NCBI GenBank assembly: GCA_964016885.1
Contig: OZ024740.1
Coordinates: 172,236,001 to 172,300,000 of the forward strand
Direction of reading: 5' to 3'
Source: Eledone cirrhosa
Lineage: Eukaryota
Length of the DNA stretch: 64,000 nucleotides
Shown here: positions 26,196 through 39,584 of the stretch, piece after piece
Layout: the number at the start of each line of letters is the position of its first letter
Position numbering within the stretch: position 1 is the stretch's first letter
Translations under genes and position numbers: made by a program
The notes under the pieces: model-generated
The model's database searches: none
What the model saw: the letters and a program-made list of their open reading frames with translations, nothing else
Told to the model about the DNA's origin: nothing

Positions 26196-26246
26196 GGCTT
26201 CCTGATGATTTCTCCCGAATGAAACAGTTCTACCTCTGTAGAAGCC
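26196..26246 (+). ncRNA. type-I hammerhead ribozyme
   Basis: GGCTTC-CTGATGA-T-TTC-TCCC-GAA-T-GAAA-CAG-TTCTACCT-CTG-TA-GAAGCC; all three stems pair, GUA site. Confidence 0.85.
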
Positions 26247-26256
26247 TTTTCTATAT

Positions 26257-26350
<94 letters not shown>

Positions 26351-26527
26351 AGCACACACACAGTTGGACTAGTCCATATCTAGACTTCATTATCGTATTT
26401 TATCCTCCCCTCTGTTTTACATCAACAACCTTGAAAAAACCCCCTATCTCTCTCGTCTTTGTCACATCCTCCTTCTTCTCTACTTCAACTTCACATGAAT
26501 TCCTATAAAAACCTGAACATTCTGGTA

Positions 26528-26664
26528 CGGTAAATATAATCTCTGATGATATGGAATCAATAGTGCATTGGATGTCGAATGTTCTACTAACTATATAATA
26601 TTATAGATGCAGCGAGATCTAGGCAAATTGATGTCTATTGAAACGTACGTTAGAACCGAATAAA
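26528..26664 (+). ncRNA. type-I hammerhead ribozyme with long stem II
   Basis: CGGT..TCT-CTGATGA-T-ATGGAATCAAT-[~65 nt]-ATTGATGTCTAT-T-GAAA-CGTACG-TT-AGA-ACCG-AATAAA. Confidence 0.75.
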
Positions 26665-26698
26665 TCTCTTTTACTGCATCTTTCTGTTCTTTTTGATT

Positions 26699-26755
<57 letters not shown>

Positions 26756-26756
<1 letters not shown>

Positions 26757-26890
26757 TAGACCACCCGTGACCAGTTGGGTCACGTCCACTTCAAAACATT
26801 AAAAAAAATTAATGTTCACTCAAAAATAATTGTTAAATAATAAAAATATACACAGACATGTATATAATGTGAAATGAAACTGGAAGGTCC
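26756..26890 (-). mobile_element. Helitron-like 3' end
   Basis: CTAG|T terminus with subterminal hairpin CGTGACC-AGTTG-GGTCACG; 5' end not resolved. Confidence 0.45.
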
Positions 26891-26911
26891 ATATATATAC
26901 GTGTGTGTATG

Positions 26912-27469
<558 letters not shown>

Positions 27470-29259
27470 TTTACATAACTGTTAGAGATTCAAATAATTT
27501 AAATTATTGAAGAAAGAAGAAAGAAAGAAGAAAGACAGAGAGAAACAGATGAGGAAAAAATATAGTTACTAGAAGTATAGAAAGCAAAAGAGAGTTGATC
27601 AAGGATAGAGAGACAAAGAGGAATAATTATTATAGTATAAAGCATAGATAAATACATAGCTTTGTGAAAGAGTAAACTCGAATATTTGAATTATCTAGAA
27701 GTATCTATCAATCTAAATATTTAATATATCTGGGTGTAATTATATGAGGGTTTAATTTTGAGTCCTTAGTTAATTAGAAATATACTAACAATTAATTATA
27801 TACACTATATATATCGAAACGTATCCGGCTGACCGTTAAATTTCGAATTCTTTATGTTAGTTCAGAATAATGAATAATCTAAAGGTATAATATTTCAGGC
27901 TATAAAAATTTATAAATATCTATATTAATATTAAAGTATATTAACATATTTAATTTATAAAATCATATTTAAAGTATTTGCAAACATGAGAAAGAGACTT
28001 AGTATTTTCATCCACGCGAAGGTAATCCATATTAAATTATATTATCTTATATTATTTTCCTATATTAAAATAATTCTCATTATATAATTTAGAAAATAAT
28101 TACAGTTATAACTTTAAAAATGTTAAATTAACAATTAGAATGCCCTACAGTAACTAAAGGCCTTATAATTAAACTTAAAAAACTAATTATTAAATTAGAT
28201 ATATGCATTTGTCTCAATATATACAAAGAGTATATTGTCTAAAGTTCAAGACGATATTAGTCAGTTATACATAATATAATATAATATAATAAATAACTTA
28301 CTGTTAATATTGTTACAATTAAGGTTTTAGATCAATTATTATATTAGGATCATGTAATACTATAAAATTTTCATGAGTCATAAGGATACGAACCAGATTC
28401 AAAATAAATAAGTAAATTGTTTGCGATCATATAAGTGCCAAATATTTAAGCTATATAATTTAAAAATACTAGAAAATGTTTAAGGATCTATATTGTAGTA
28501 TAATATCATATTTAAAGTGTCTGCAAACATGAGAAAGAGAAATCTTAAGATTTTCATCGACTCGAAGGTAACCCGAATTTAATTAAATTAAAAAAAATAA
28601 TAATCGTTATATAATTTAGAAAATATTTAACAAATATAACACTAGAATGTCCTTAAGTATCTAAAGTACTTATAAATGTATCTAGAAGCCTGTTATTAAA
28701 CCAGATATTCACATTTGTCCAAATATATGCAGATTATTCCGTTCGGAACTCAAGACGATATTAGTGATCCATATACATATAATAAATAAATAATAAAATA
28801 AATAATAAAATCATTGTTAGTAAAGTTATAATTGAAGTTTAACATCAAGTTAAGTGGAAAAAGTTTGTCGACTAGGATCGTGTACGGCGCATATACCATA
28901 CATATATATAAATAAATATAGGTATATAAATCAAACATCCTGAATCTTAAAACTAACATACTCCAAAAGCATAAATACATAAATACATAAAAGCATGAAT
29001 TGTTTACGGTTCATTACAACTGTCTACCATATAAGCTATATATTTAAGAAAATACAAGAATCCCAATCAAATTAAATGTACCTACACAATCAAAAGATAT
29101 GCATATTCATCAAGAGATCATGTTAACAATCTATATGTTAATATATTTATATAGAACCCTTAATCTAACATTAATCATATGATAAATGAGTAAAAAAAAA
29201 TTATTATAACATATTACGCACTCAGTTGATACGAGACGTTAAAAATTAGAACCTATTTA

Positions 29260-31210
29260 TTTAGTGTTTTTTCCTGACATTTTGCGAGGCTTGGAATGTA
29301 GAGGAAGCTTTATGAAGGCAATTTGAGAATAATTCACTTTTTTTTGTTAATTAAATTATCATAATTAGTAATTATTAATAGGGTCTCCATAGTAAAGAGA
29401 TTGCAGTTAGGTGATATTGAAGAATTCGAGTATATTCGACTATTACACAGCTTCGACCAAAAAATCGAGTATTTAAAATTTTTGTCTTTTAACGACCATA
29501 TACGTTGTGATAAAGAAGTCAAAGATTTCCTATTAGGATTCAAAAAAGAGTATTTATGATTCGCAAATCTTAATTTAAATGTCGATGAAGTTGCACCAAT
29601 ATAGTTGTGTGATGTTATTTGCTTTTACGGTGCATTTATAGACCAGATTGCTATCCAGACAATTATTTTGCAGAGGGCAATTTGATCTATTTCTACAATT
29701 ACATTTCGATTTATTGTTATTACTATAAACTGGACAATTGACATTAACATTGTTAGTACTTTGAAGTGTTCTATTGATTGTGCTTAGATTAATGTTATTG
29801 TTATTCCTAGTATTAATATTGCTAGTGTTATTATATTCATTATCGTTAATTGTTTGTTGATTATGATTTAGAATTCTTCTATTTATTTTTGAGATGTTCT
29901 GGGCCATATTCATAGTAGAATAAGAAAGCTTAATTGTGTGTCTGTTAAATATGGAACGGTATTTGTGTTGAATGGGGAAGCATTTATCTAAAGCTTTAAA
30001 GAATAGATTTGCGAGTGGTGTTTTTATTCTACAGAAGCTGGGGGGGGGGGGACCATATAACTGATTTAGTTCTGATTTTTTTCACCGATTTATTCACGGT
30101 ATTGGTGTTTGTATTATAATTTTTAGAATCTCGTTTGTATATATTAGTCTTATTTTTATCTATATATTCAATGTTTGTATATATTCAATATTCAATGTTT
30201 GTATATATTAGTCTTATTATTATCTATATATTCAATATTATTTTTATAACCTGCCTTTCGTAGCGCGTCATTATAATATTCTGCTTTTTCATCAAAGTAT
30301 GGATTTATTAGCGGATATTCTAGTTATGCGTTTCTGTACACTATTGACTATTGCATTTTTCACGGATTTAGGGTGATTAGAGTAATAGCTAACGTAATTT
30401 AAGTTTTCATTGGGCTTATGGAAAGGATAATAAAAACCTGAATTTAAGTTAAGGGTAACGTCAAGCAAATTAACTATTTTGGTATTACTTTCAACTTCTA
30501 ATCCAAGGTCATAAATTTTAATGAATTCAATTATAGTTTTCTTAACCCTATTTAGTTCTGTATTGCTATGTTTGACAACCGTAAATAAAATATCGTCCCT
30601 ATATAAACCACCGGTAATCTCCGGCAGTTTTCTAATTACCATATTTAAGATAAACATCCCCAGAAGATCGGTGACCTGCGCTGAGTCCGATGATCCCATG
30701 GTAATGTCAAAGTTTCTATTCCTATCTGAACGGGTCCAATACTCATTGTTGAAATTAATTAGAGTTCTTCTAGCAGTTAATATGATATTGATTTCATCCG
30801 TAGTTAGATCTGTATGTTTGTAAGCATAAGACAAAGCCTTATTTAATAGGTTAGGTGTAATAGAAGAATAATAGCTTGCTATGTCCATTTGGATGAATTT
30901 GTGATTTTTCTTATTATCTATATTTTAAAACCAGTCAATCACTTCATTAGTGTCCTTCCATAAGCTCAATTTAGACTTCAATTTCAGAGTAGGTAGAATT
31001 CTATCAATAATATTCTTACTGATTACTCCAATATCCGATTTAGATGCAGCTATCAGTCTAACTGGCAGGTCTTCCTCAAAGTTTCTCTTGTGATCCTTAA
31101 ACTTTATCCTCGGCTGTCTAGGTATAAAAGGTTCGGTTTTTCCTTCAATTCCAAGTTTGGCTATTAATTTAAATGCATCATTATTGATGTCTATAAGATC
31201 TTCGGCCGTA
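29260..31210 (-). pseudogene. PLE RT + GIY-YIG remnant
   Basis: KDHK, DIASYY, FDITMGSSDSAQVTDLLG, GLYRDD, SNHP, CNCRNRSNCPLQNNCL..NLVYKC..YIG-like. Confidence 0.85.
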
Positions 31211-32293
31211 TCTGGTTCGTATCCTTATGATTCATGAACTTTTTATAGTATTACATGATACTAATATAATAATTGATCTAAAACCTTAATTTTAACAATA
31301 TTAACAGTAAGTTATTTATTATATTATATTATATTATGTTATTGTATAACTGACTAATATCGTCTTGAACTTTAGACAAATGCATATATCTAATTTAATA
31401 ATTAGTTTTTTAAGTTTAATTATAAGGCCTTTAGATACTAATTGATAATTTAAAATTTTTAAAGTTATAACTGTAATTATTTTCTAAATTATATAATGAG
31501 AATTATTTTAATATAGGAAAATAATATAAGATAATATAATTTAATATGGATTACCTTCGCGTGGATGAAAATACTAAGTCTCTTTCTCATGTTTGCAAAT
31601 ACTTTAAATATGATTTTATAAATTAAATATGTTAGTATACTTTATTATTAATATAAATATTTATAAATTGTTATAGCCTGAAATATTATACCTTTAGATT
31701 ATTCATTATTCTGAACTAACATAAAGAATTCGAAATTTAACGGTCAGCCGGATACGTTTCGATATATATAGTGTATATAATTAATTGTTAGTATATTTCT
31801 AATTAACTAAGGACTCGAAATTAAACCCTCATATAATTACACCCAGATATATTAAATATTTAGATTGATAGATACTTCTAGATAATTCAAAGATTCGAGT
31901 TTACTCTTTCACAAAGCTATGCCTAAATATATATTAATGTATTTATCTATGCTTTATACTATAATAATTATTCCTCTTTGTCTCTCTATCCTTGATCAAC
32001 TCTCTTTTGCTTTCTATACTTCTAGTAACTATATTTTTTCCTCATCTGTTTCTCTCTGTCTTTCTTCTTTCTTTCTTCTTTCTTCAATAATTTAAATTAT
32101 TTGAATCTCTAACAGTTATGTAAATTGCTATTATGTATTTTTAAGCTTTCTCACACGCACCCTCTGTATTATATGTAAATCTTTTCATGTCTCAATCTTA
32201 AGGTATATAAATATTGAGTCTTGTCATATCATATTCACTACCATGACTGAATATTAACCATATACTATGGCAGGGTATGTCATGCATCATCTT

Positions 32294-32359
32294 ATTTTAT
32301 CTGATGAGGACGTATTGTTGAAGATAGCTCAGTACCTCTGAAATATGTACAATAAAATA
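32294..32359 (+). ncRNA. hammerhead motif, AU-rich family, U16.1->C (probably inactive)
   Basis: TATTTTAT-CTGATGA-GGACGTATTG...CAGTACCTCT-GAAA-TATGTA-CA-ATAAAATA. Confidence 0.6.
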
Positions 32360-32635
32360 TACTTGATCACACGAATGTCTATTTTTGTTAATATTTTGAA
32401 TTAATATTAATAACTCCGGAAAACCAAATATCTTTTGAGTGCTTCCAATCTATTGTAAAACTCATTCTTTGATTTATTCATTGCACCTTGTTTAACCTTT
32501 ATATATATATTTATATATATATATATAAATGTGTGTGTGTGTGTGTGAGTAAAAGGTAAACAGAAATAACAACACAATCGGTACAGTATATGGAAGGAAT
32601 ATATTTGGTTAACGCTTGAAATAGCAGGAAGAGGG

Positions 32636-32671
32636 TCTTAACGTTACGGACGCTAATTCTTCATCAGAAGA
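32636..32671 (-). ncRNA. degenerate minimal hammerhead motif
   Basis: TCTT-CTGATGA-AGAATTAGCGTCC-GTAA-CG-TT-AAGA; relative at 39914-39948 (-) with GTTA. Confidence 0.45.
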
Positions 32672-32868
32672 AAGAATGAGAAATAAGATAGATCGTAGGG
32701 ACGGGCGGGTTAGAATTGGAAAAAAAATGTCCTTAGATAAAAATAACAGGTCCGTTCATGTTGACATCTCATATATATATATACAATATATATATAGAAT
32801 CCGAGTTTAAGATCCGCTTAAGGTGAAACAATTGTTCTCGGTATGGTGAACTAACTGTTGTGTTACTA

Positions 32869-32956
<88 letters not shown>

Positions 32957-32958
<2 letters not shown>

Positions 32959-34030
32959 AAGAAGAAAGCATGAACAGGAGAAACTTTTCCTATATCAGTT
33001 GTCTGCTGGGGGTCTCGGATATTTCTACGCATTAAAGACAAGATATCTAACCCCAGTGCGTTCAATAACTAAGGTAAGTTATTGGGAAAACAAAAGAGGG
33101 AGAGAAAGAAAATATAGGATAACAGAAGGGAAAAGGGAAGAAAAGAGAAAAGAGAAAAACAACGAAAATAAAAAACGGGAAACAATAAGTCTACGATAAT
33201 TACTGAACAGAAGTTCTAGATTGTGCGGACGAGAAAAAAGACACGGCTGACCTCTGCGAGTGTAAGTGAGAAAAAGACTACTAGAGAGACAGGCGAGGGA
33301 AACACTGAGGTGAGATATCTTGTCTTTAAAGCGTAGAAATATCCGAGACCCCCAGTAGACAACTGATGAGGCCCCCCCCCCTCCTCCGTGCTTGCTTTCT
33401 TCGTATTCCCACTGCATTTTAAGTTACCTTAAATAGCAACTGCACAACCATTTCTATTCTCCATATATTTTATCATGTTTCGCTGTGACCATTCTTCTCT
33501 CCCCTTCTACCTACCTATTTCGCTACCTTCTACTCCCACGCCTCTTTCTTCCACTCCTTTTCTCCATATCTACTCTTACCCCACTTTCTTCCTCTCCCTT
33601 TCTCCCTCTCACTTTCATCACCTCGCCTGACCCTTTAACAGTTCTCTTCTCACTTACAACTTCGGCGATCAGACGTATGTCTTGTTTCTCTCGACCACTC
33701 AGTCTTGAACTTAAGTTCTCTTATCGAGTGGTCTTGGATCCCCTACCTATAGTTGCTCGCACATTGCTCGGTTTGTTGTTATTATTCGCTGTTTTTTTTT
33801 TACTGTTTTCTCTTTTCATCCCTTTTGCTTTCCTTTCCTCCCTCCTTGGTTTTCCCAATAACTTATTCAGTTATTGACGCCCTGGTGTGAGATATCTTGT
33901 CTTTAAAGCATAGAAATATCCGAGACCCCCCAGTAGACAACTGATGAGGAACCCCCCCCCCCCCGTTCTTGCTTTCTTCGTATTCCCACTGCATTTTAAG
34001 TTACCTTAAATAGCAACTAGACAGCCATTT
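32957..34030. mobile_element. non-coding repeat: ~150-bp direct repeats (33305-33460, 33880-34030) around a pyrimidine-rich body, plus diverged inverted copy 32957-33300
   Basis: GAGATATCTTGTCTTTAAAGC..GAAATATCCGAGACCCCCAG.AGACAACTGAT present three times. Confidence 0.7.
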
Positions 34031-34380
34031 CGCAAGGTACTTTATATTTTTTATTGGGGTATGTAAGAACGGTCACTTGCATACTCTACTCTAAATAACA
34101 GTATACTATACATTCACAATTATTTAAAAATTCAATTATAACATTCTGTATCAACGTTTAGTATTACTGTATACTGCCAGTAATATGTAACTATATATAC
34201 ACTATAATTAGTATAAAATACACTTTTTTTTTTTGCAAAAATTTGTTTGCACTGTTTCGTTTTCATTTATGTATTTTTTGAAAATGTTATTTATTTATTA
34301 TAAAATTAAATGATAGCATTCTCTATGTGGGTGGGCTCCTTTATCTCCTGCCAACCAATATTTATAGACCCAGTCCGCCA

Positions 34381-34425
<45 letters not shown>

Positions 34426-34454
34426 TTTTATTAAGGCTAAATAGTGAGTCTTAT

Positions 34455-34492
34455 TACTCTGGAGTTTCGCCTGTTTATCACAGGGTCATCAG
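34455..34492 (-). ncRNA. hammerhead core (stem I not paired) in fold-back 34421-34479/34823-34881
   Basis: CTGATGA-C-CCTGT-GATAA-ACAGG-C-GAAA-CTC-CA-GAG-TA. Confidence 0.6.
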
Positions 34493-34930
34493 CCAAAAAC
34501 TAATGTTATAATTGCAGACAAAGTATGAATAAAGGAGGACTCGAGGTGAGGGGGGGGGGGGGGTTAATTGAGGAGGAGTAATTAAGATAGGCTGGAAAGA
34601 GTGGTGGTGGGAGATAGGGATGTGTGAAACAGAAGATGGTAATCGGCGATAATGGAGATAGCCAGAGAATTTTAACTGGTCAGTGGGAGGCAGGTGATGA
34701 ATGTGAAGGTGGGTCATGTGAAAAGGGTGGTGGGATTGGCAGGATGAAGTGGTGGATGGAATATAGATATGTATACAATTACACATGTACACACAAATAC
34801 GTACATATACATACACACAAACGATAAACAGGCGAATCTCCAGAGTAATAAGACTCTCTATTTAGCCGTAATAAAATGAATATTAAAACGCTACTTCGAT
34901 ATTTAGTACTTTTTTTCTCTCAGCCGTAAA

Positions 34931-34986
<56 letters not shown>

Positions 34987-35254
34987 GTATATATATCCGT
35001 ATGTGGTTGACGGCTTAGAGAAAAAAAAGTACAATATATGTGTGTGTATGTTGTTTGTGTGAGTGTGTGCGTAAGTCATCAGGACAGAGTTAGGTACACA
35101 CAGAAATATCTAATCAGTTTATTGATCGGCCTTACATCCAATAAAAAACGTACCAAGATTTTTTTTTAAACGCCTTCGACATCAGCACTCACAAGGATAC
35201 GAAAGCATTCGTCATTTAAAGTCAGCATGTATTCATAGTGAAATGGAGTGTAAC

Positions 35255-35399
35255 GTTTTGCCCAAGGCCAAACAGCACAGACCCAGTCAGGGGTTCTGTA
35301 CGCGTTTGCCCAAGGTCAAACAGCACAGAACCAGTCAGGGGTTCTGTACGAGTTTGCCCAAGGCCAAACGGCACGGAACCAGCCAGAGGATCTGTATAC
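35255..35399. repeat. 48-bp tandem repeat x3
   Basis: GTTTGCCCAAGG(C/T)CAAACAGCACAGAACCAGTCAGGGGTTCTGTACG units. Confidence 0.9.
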
Positions 35400-35574
35400 T
35401 GTTATTCGAATTACGTGCGACGTGTGTGAACATAGACGTGGCTTCAAAGCCACGTAGTTTCAAATTCAATGCGAGGATAAATACTGGTGCGTCAAACAAA
35501 AAGTACTTCATGGTCTTATGTTCTCTAGTAGTTACGTCCATTCACACTCGGGTAAAATTTGCTTTCGAGGTTCA

Positions 35575-35920
35575 TAGTGGATGCAGCATGACCGAATGGT
35601 TAAGAAGTTCGCTGCGCAATCATTAGGTCACAGGTTCGACCCACTGCATGGCATCCCAGGTTTGATATAGCCTCGTATCGAGCTATGTCTTATGAGTGAG
35701 ATTGGGTAGACGGAATTTGTTTTGAAGCTCGTCTGTTGGACTGTACCAGTAATTCAAAGGGCCAACTTGCCATACACTAAGTCACGCTGAATCTTTCTGA
35801 GAATTACTTTAAGGGTAGACGTGTCTGTGGAAAGTTCATTCACTTACATGTTAATTACACGAGTAGGCAGTTCCATTGGTCTATCGATTGGAACACTAAT
35901 TGTCGAAACCAACAGTAATC
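35575..35920 (+). mobile_element. old tRNA-head SINE (second family)
   Basis: GCATGACCGAATGGTTAAG A-box-like, GGTTCGACCC B-box; tail related to 37660-37845; decayed minus-strand relatives near 38190-38335 and 50390-50730. Confidence 0.6.
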
Positions 35921-36320
35921 CATTCCATATAATTCAAGGTTTATAATAAAAATATCAGGTCAGATGCTGGGGTCGATATAATCAATTAAACTGTTGAAAG
36001 CATTGCACCAGGTTTATGCAATTGAATGACAGAAACTAAAGAAATAGAGTAGGTGAGCATTAAGGTAGAAAACTAGCTTCATTATCTATTCGGTCATTCT
36101 ACAATTTGAACCGGGCCTATAAAAGACGTGCGCATAAGAGATATGGCACTCGGAAATATATGACAGAGTCATAAATGTCTGATTCTTGCTCACCTACCTG
36201 TTAAAAATCTACCCCTACTTGAATTATCAGAAGATTTCTTACTCTCAAACTGGAGCCAGAAAGCAGTCTTGTTCCACTTTGGAGAATTTCTCTCAAAGGC
36301 TGTGATTCGAACCTCCAAAA

Positions 36321-36360
36321 CAGAGGTTCTCAAAGTGGGCACTAAGTTCGAGAAACTCTG
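36321..36360. mobile_element. 40-bp hAT/Charlie-like mini-MITE
   Basis: CAGAGGTTCTCAAA ... TTCGAGAAACTCTG; flanks CTCCAAAA / CTCTAGAA (6/8 TSD). Confidence 0.5.
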
Positions 36361-36808
36361 CTCTAGAACAATAGTTTAATAACAAAAGCCATAATGATTT
36401 TGACGTAATATTTAGAGTTTGAAGGGATAAAAAAGTAGGGATTGTGATATTCATGCTTCTTGTAAATCGAAGGTAGCAGTAGCGAATTCAAGAAAATAAC
36501 TTCAACTAACTAATTTAATTGTTTTTTTTTTTCTTTTCCTTTTATTTTTTGTTTCGTTTTAGACATTACATAAAACGTGATTTCTTTCACATAAGTTTAA
36601 TACCATTGTATAAATCATGTTGTCATTGCGTATAACTCATGTTTTATCCGTAAATAAACTACTAAAATATTATTTGTTTAATTACTTTATTATTTATGCC
36701 CTTTCAATGTATTGTGATAGGTTTATTTTTACTTGCCTTTCTTTTTCCTAGTCAGAATTATTACTTAGATATTTCTGTTGCTTATTTTCGTTTATTGTCG
36801 TATCCATG

Positions 36809-36862
36809 TTAGTCTGATGAAATTTTTACTACCGCGATTAGAAACGTGATCGCCGTCTCTAG
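36809..36862 (+). ncRNA. decayed type-I hammerhead motif
   Basis: TAGT-CTGATGA-AAT...ATT-A-GAAA-CGTGATCGCCG-TC-TCTA; GUC site. Confidence 0.5.
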
Positions 36863-37309
36863 TGTCTACAATTGCTCGTAAACAAACAATTACAAAGACA
36901 CCGCAGTATTTTAGATTCATCGAATTTGAGAAATATATTCCTTTGTTAATATGCTATTCACGTGCATGTGAAACCACATCAGTGAAATCCTATATAAGCA
37001 AGAATCGGACACTACATCAATGATTTACATAACCACAAACTTCTTGACAAACACTTTCAAGGTTTCTCATTTTTCGATGTTTAGAAAATAACACTCAGTT
37101 GTATGACATTCTGCCATGTCATTTTCGGTTTTATGACCAAAACCCATAAAGAATATAACTATAGATTTTTAGTCAACATGTATTTATTAAATGCAATGTG
37201 ACATTCTTTTGCCCTAGCGTTTTCCTAGCCAGAATTATTCTGTGACTACTACCGATTACCGAAGTAGCGCTGTGTGTTTGATGAAATAGCTTCAACCTCG
37301 ATTAGATAT

Positions 37310-37382
<73 letters not shown>

Positions 37383-38352
37383 CGCGCGTACGCGTGTGCA
37401 TGTACATGTGCGTGTGTGTTTGTATACATGTTTACGTTGAACGAATAGCGATCTATGAAATAAGTACCAAACTTGAAAAGAATAGGACTTGGTTCAATAA
37501 AATCTCTTTTTATGCGGTGCCCTAGCATGATTGCAGACTAACTGAAACCAATGTCATTTACTTTAGCCACAAGTCAACTCATACCTTGTGAGTAAAACTG
37601 AGTAAAATTGAGTAAAATTGAGCAGATAGAAATTGCTTGGAAACCGTCGGATGAACTGTACATATAATTCAAAGAACAGATCTTGTAACACTCTGTATCA
37701 CGTTGAATGTCCCTCAGAATTACGTTATGAAACACGTGTCTTTTGAATGCTCAACTACTTGCACATTAATTTCACGAGATGCCCTTTCTGTTGATCGAAT
37801 AACACGAACAATCATCGTCGAAACTGATGGAGATACATTCCAATCCTATTCCCAAGTGCAGTCATTAACCCAGACATCAAGTTAGTCTTGTAATCATTGT
37901 TTATGTAAAGGTGCGCCTTTAGGATGGTAAGTCTTCGAGCTGATACTGCTTGCCGGTTGATGACCTTTAGAAAGGCATAATCATGACACGTTTTCATTTC
38001 TTTCTCAAAATATATCTGAAGTTTTGTGGGTAGATATTGAATGTATCTCTTCATTTCCGTTCTATGACACACATCTTTCCGTATGACAAATATTACTCTT
38101 GAGAAAAAGTCGAACGCCATACGATCTCATTTCTCTCTCACTCTGGATATAATGATTGCTTAACCCAAGTCAACATTGACCGAATATATATATGGTCAAA
38201 GGTGTTCCAGGTAGTGAAGACGTAGTTTTGGGGTTCAAAGCCCCCTTGGGTAAGTGTATTTTCCCGTAGCTCCAGGTTGACCCATGCTTTTGTGAGGGGA
38301 ATTTCGTAAACGGAGACTTGGCGATAGCTCACCATATATATATACATATATA

Positions 38353-38654
38353 TCCCCCGGTATTCGCTGTACCGGTCATTCGCGGAAATTTCCTTAGAAC
38401 CTAACTAATAATCGTTCGTGGAAACCACCGCATATTCGCGGAGTCGTAAATATCTTCCACGATTTTCCAATGGCTTTTTTCGAAGCCAAATTTTTAAAGC
38501 TAAATTATTAATAACAATATACCGTATTTGCGGGCCAATATTTTACGTTATGTTTTGAAGTTTATAGGGATTTTTATGGCCCACGTCCAATATTCGCGTG
38601 TTTTCACTCTTCGTGGGTGCTCTAAGAACGTAACCCCGCGAATACCGGGGGACA

Positions 38655-38658
<4 letters not shown>
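38353..38658. mobile_element. Tc1/mariner (pogo/Tigger-like) MITE
   Basis: TIR TCCCCCGGTATTCGC / GCGAATACCGGGGGA(CAATTG) in TA context; internal ATTCGCGG repeats. Confidence 0.65.
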
Positions 38659-38744
<86 letters not shown>

Positions 38745-38900
38745 ATAAAGAAATACACAGATACATGCGAACACATACATATACATGAATATATCCACAT
38801 GTATCCCTGAATTTGAGGTGCCAACCTCAACCGTTGTTGCTCTATGAATAACTGGGACAAAATAATCCGAATGGATTAGATTGATTCAGTATCAGAGCTA

Positions 38901-39413
38901 TATAATACATTATAAAGAAAGAAGAAACATTAGATATAATTAATAAGATATACCATACCCAAATTCCTTCACTACTCCTCGACTACGTAGTTTCGTGGCA
39001 TATTATGCAAAAACACTACATCATAGAGATACAGTATTTCTGTGAGGTTTGCCGACTCATTTAGAGTTTCAAAACACATCCGTAGGACGCGAGAAAATAC
39101 CCCTCCGCCTTTGTGGTATTTTTTTCTTGGTTGTAAGAGGCTTAGCTCTGTTTCTTGATCGCTGTATCACGTGATTGACTCCCCCTCCGCCTTTCGCGAT
39201 TCTATCTCGCGTCCTACGGATGTGTTTTGAAACTCTAAATGAGGTATCCTCTTGATAAGTCGGCAAACCTCACAAAAATACTGTATCTCTGTGGTGTAGT
39301 GTTTTTGCATAATATGCCACGAAACTACGTAGTCGAGGAGCAGTGAAGGAATTTGGGTATGGTATATCTTATTAATTATATCTAATGTTTCTTCTATCTT
39401 TATAATGTATTAT
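38901..39413. repeat. PLE pLTR fold-back with decayed hammerhead in each arm
   Basis: Arms 38901-39093/39205-39413; GCCAC-GAAA-CTACGTAG-TC-GAG at 39316-39337, CUGAUGA box decayed. Confidence 0.75.
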
Positions 39414-39533
39414 ATATATATATATATATGTAGATCCCGAGTTAAATCGGGGATAACCACAGTAAGTAAGGTACTCAATACATAGCAGAGTAAAAGTAAT
39501 TTAATATAGAAATGGCTTCTACAGGACTAGAAG

Positions 39534-39584
39534 GGCTTTCTGATGATTTCCTCCGAATGAAAGAGTTCTAGTCCTGTAGAAGCC
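39534..39584 (+). ncRNA. type-I hammerhead (same family as 26196) inside fold-back 39498-39600
   Basis: GGCTTT-CTGATGA-TTTCCTCCGAAT-GAAA-GAGTTCTAGTCCTG-TA-GAAGCC. Confidence 0.75.

Larger units (their letters stand above)
27470..32500 (-). mobile_element. Penelope-like element (Hydra-type), 5'-truncated with inverted 3'UTR/pLTR copy
   Basis: RT/EN remnant 29260-31210; about 930-bp inverted arms 27470-28398 and 31210-32124; HHR motif at 32294-32359. Confidence 0.85.

Noticed and set aside
35255-35399. CRISPR-like array
   Set aside because: Contiguous tandem units without unique spacers; eukaryotic context.
35575-35650. tRNA gene
   Set aside because: A/B boxes present but no proper cloverleaf; continues into SINE body.
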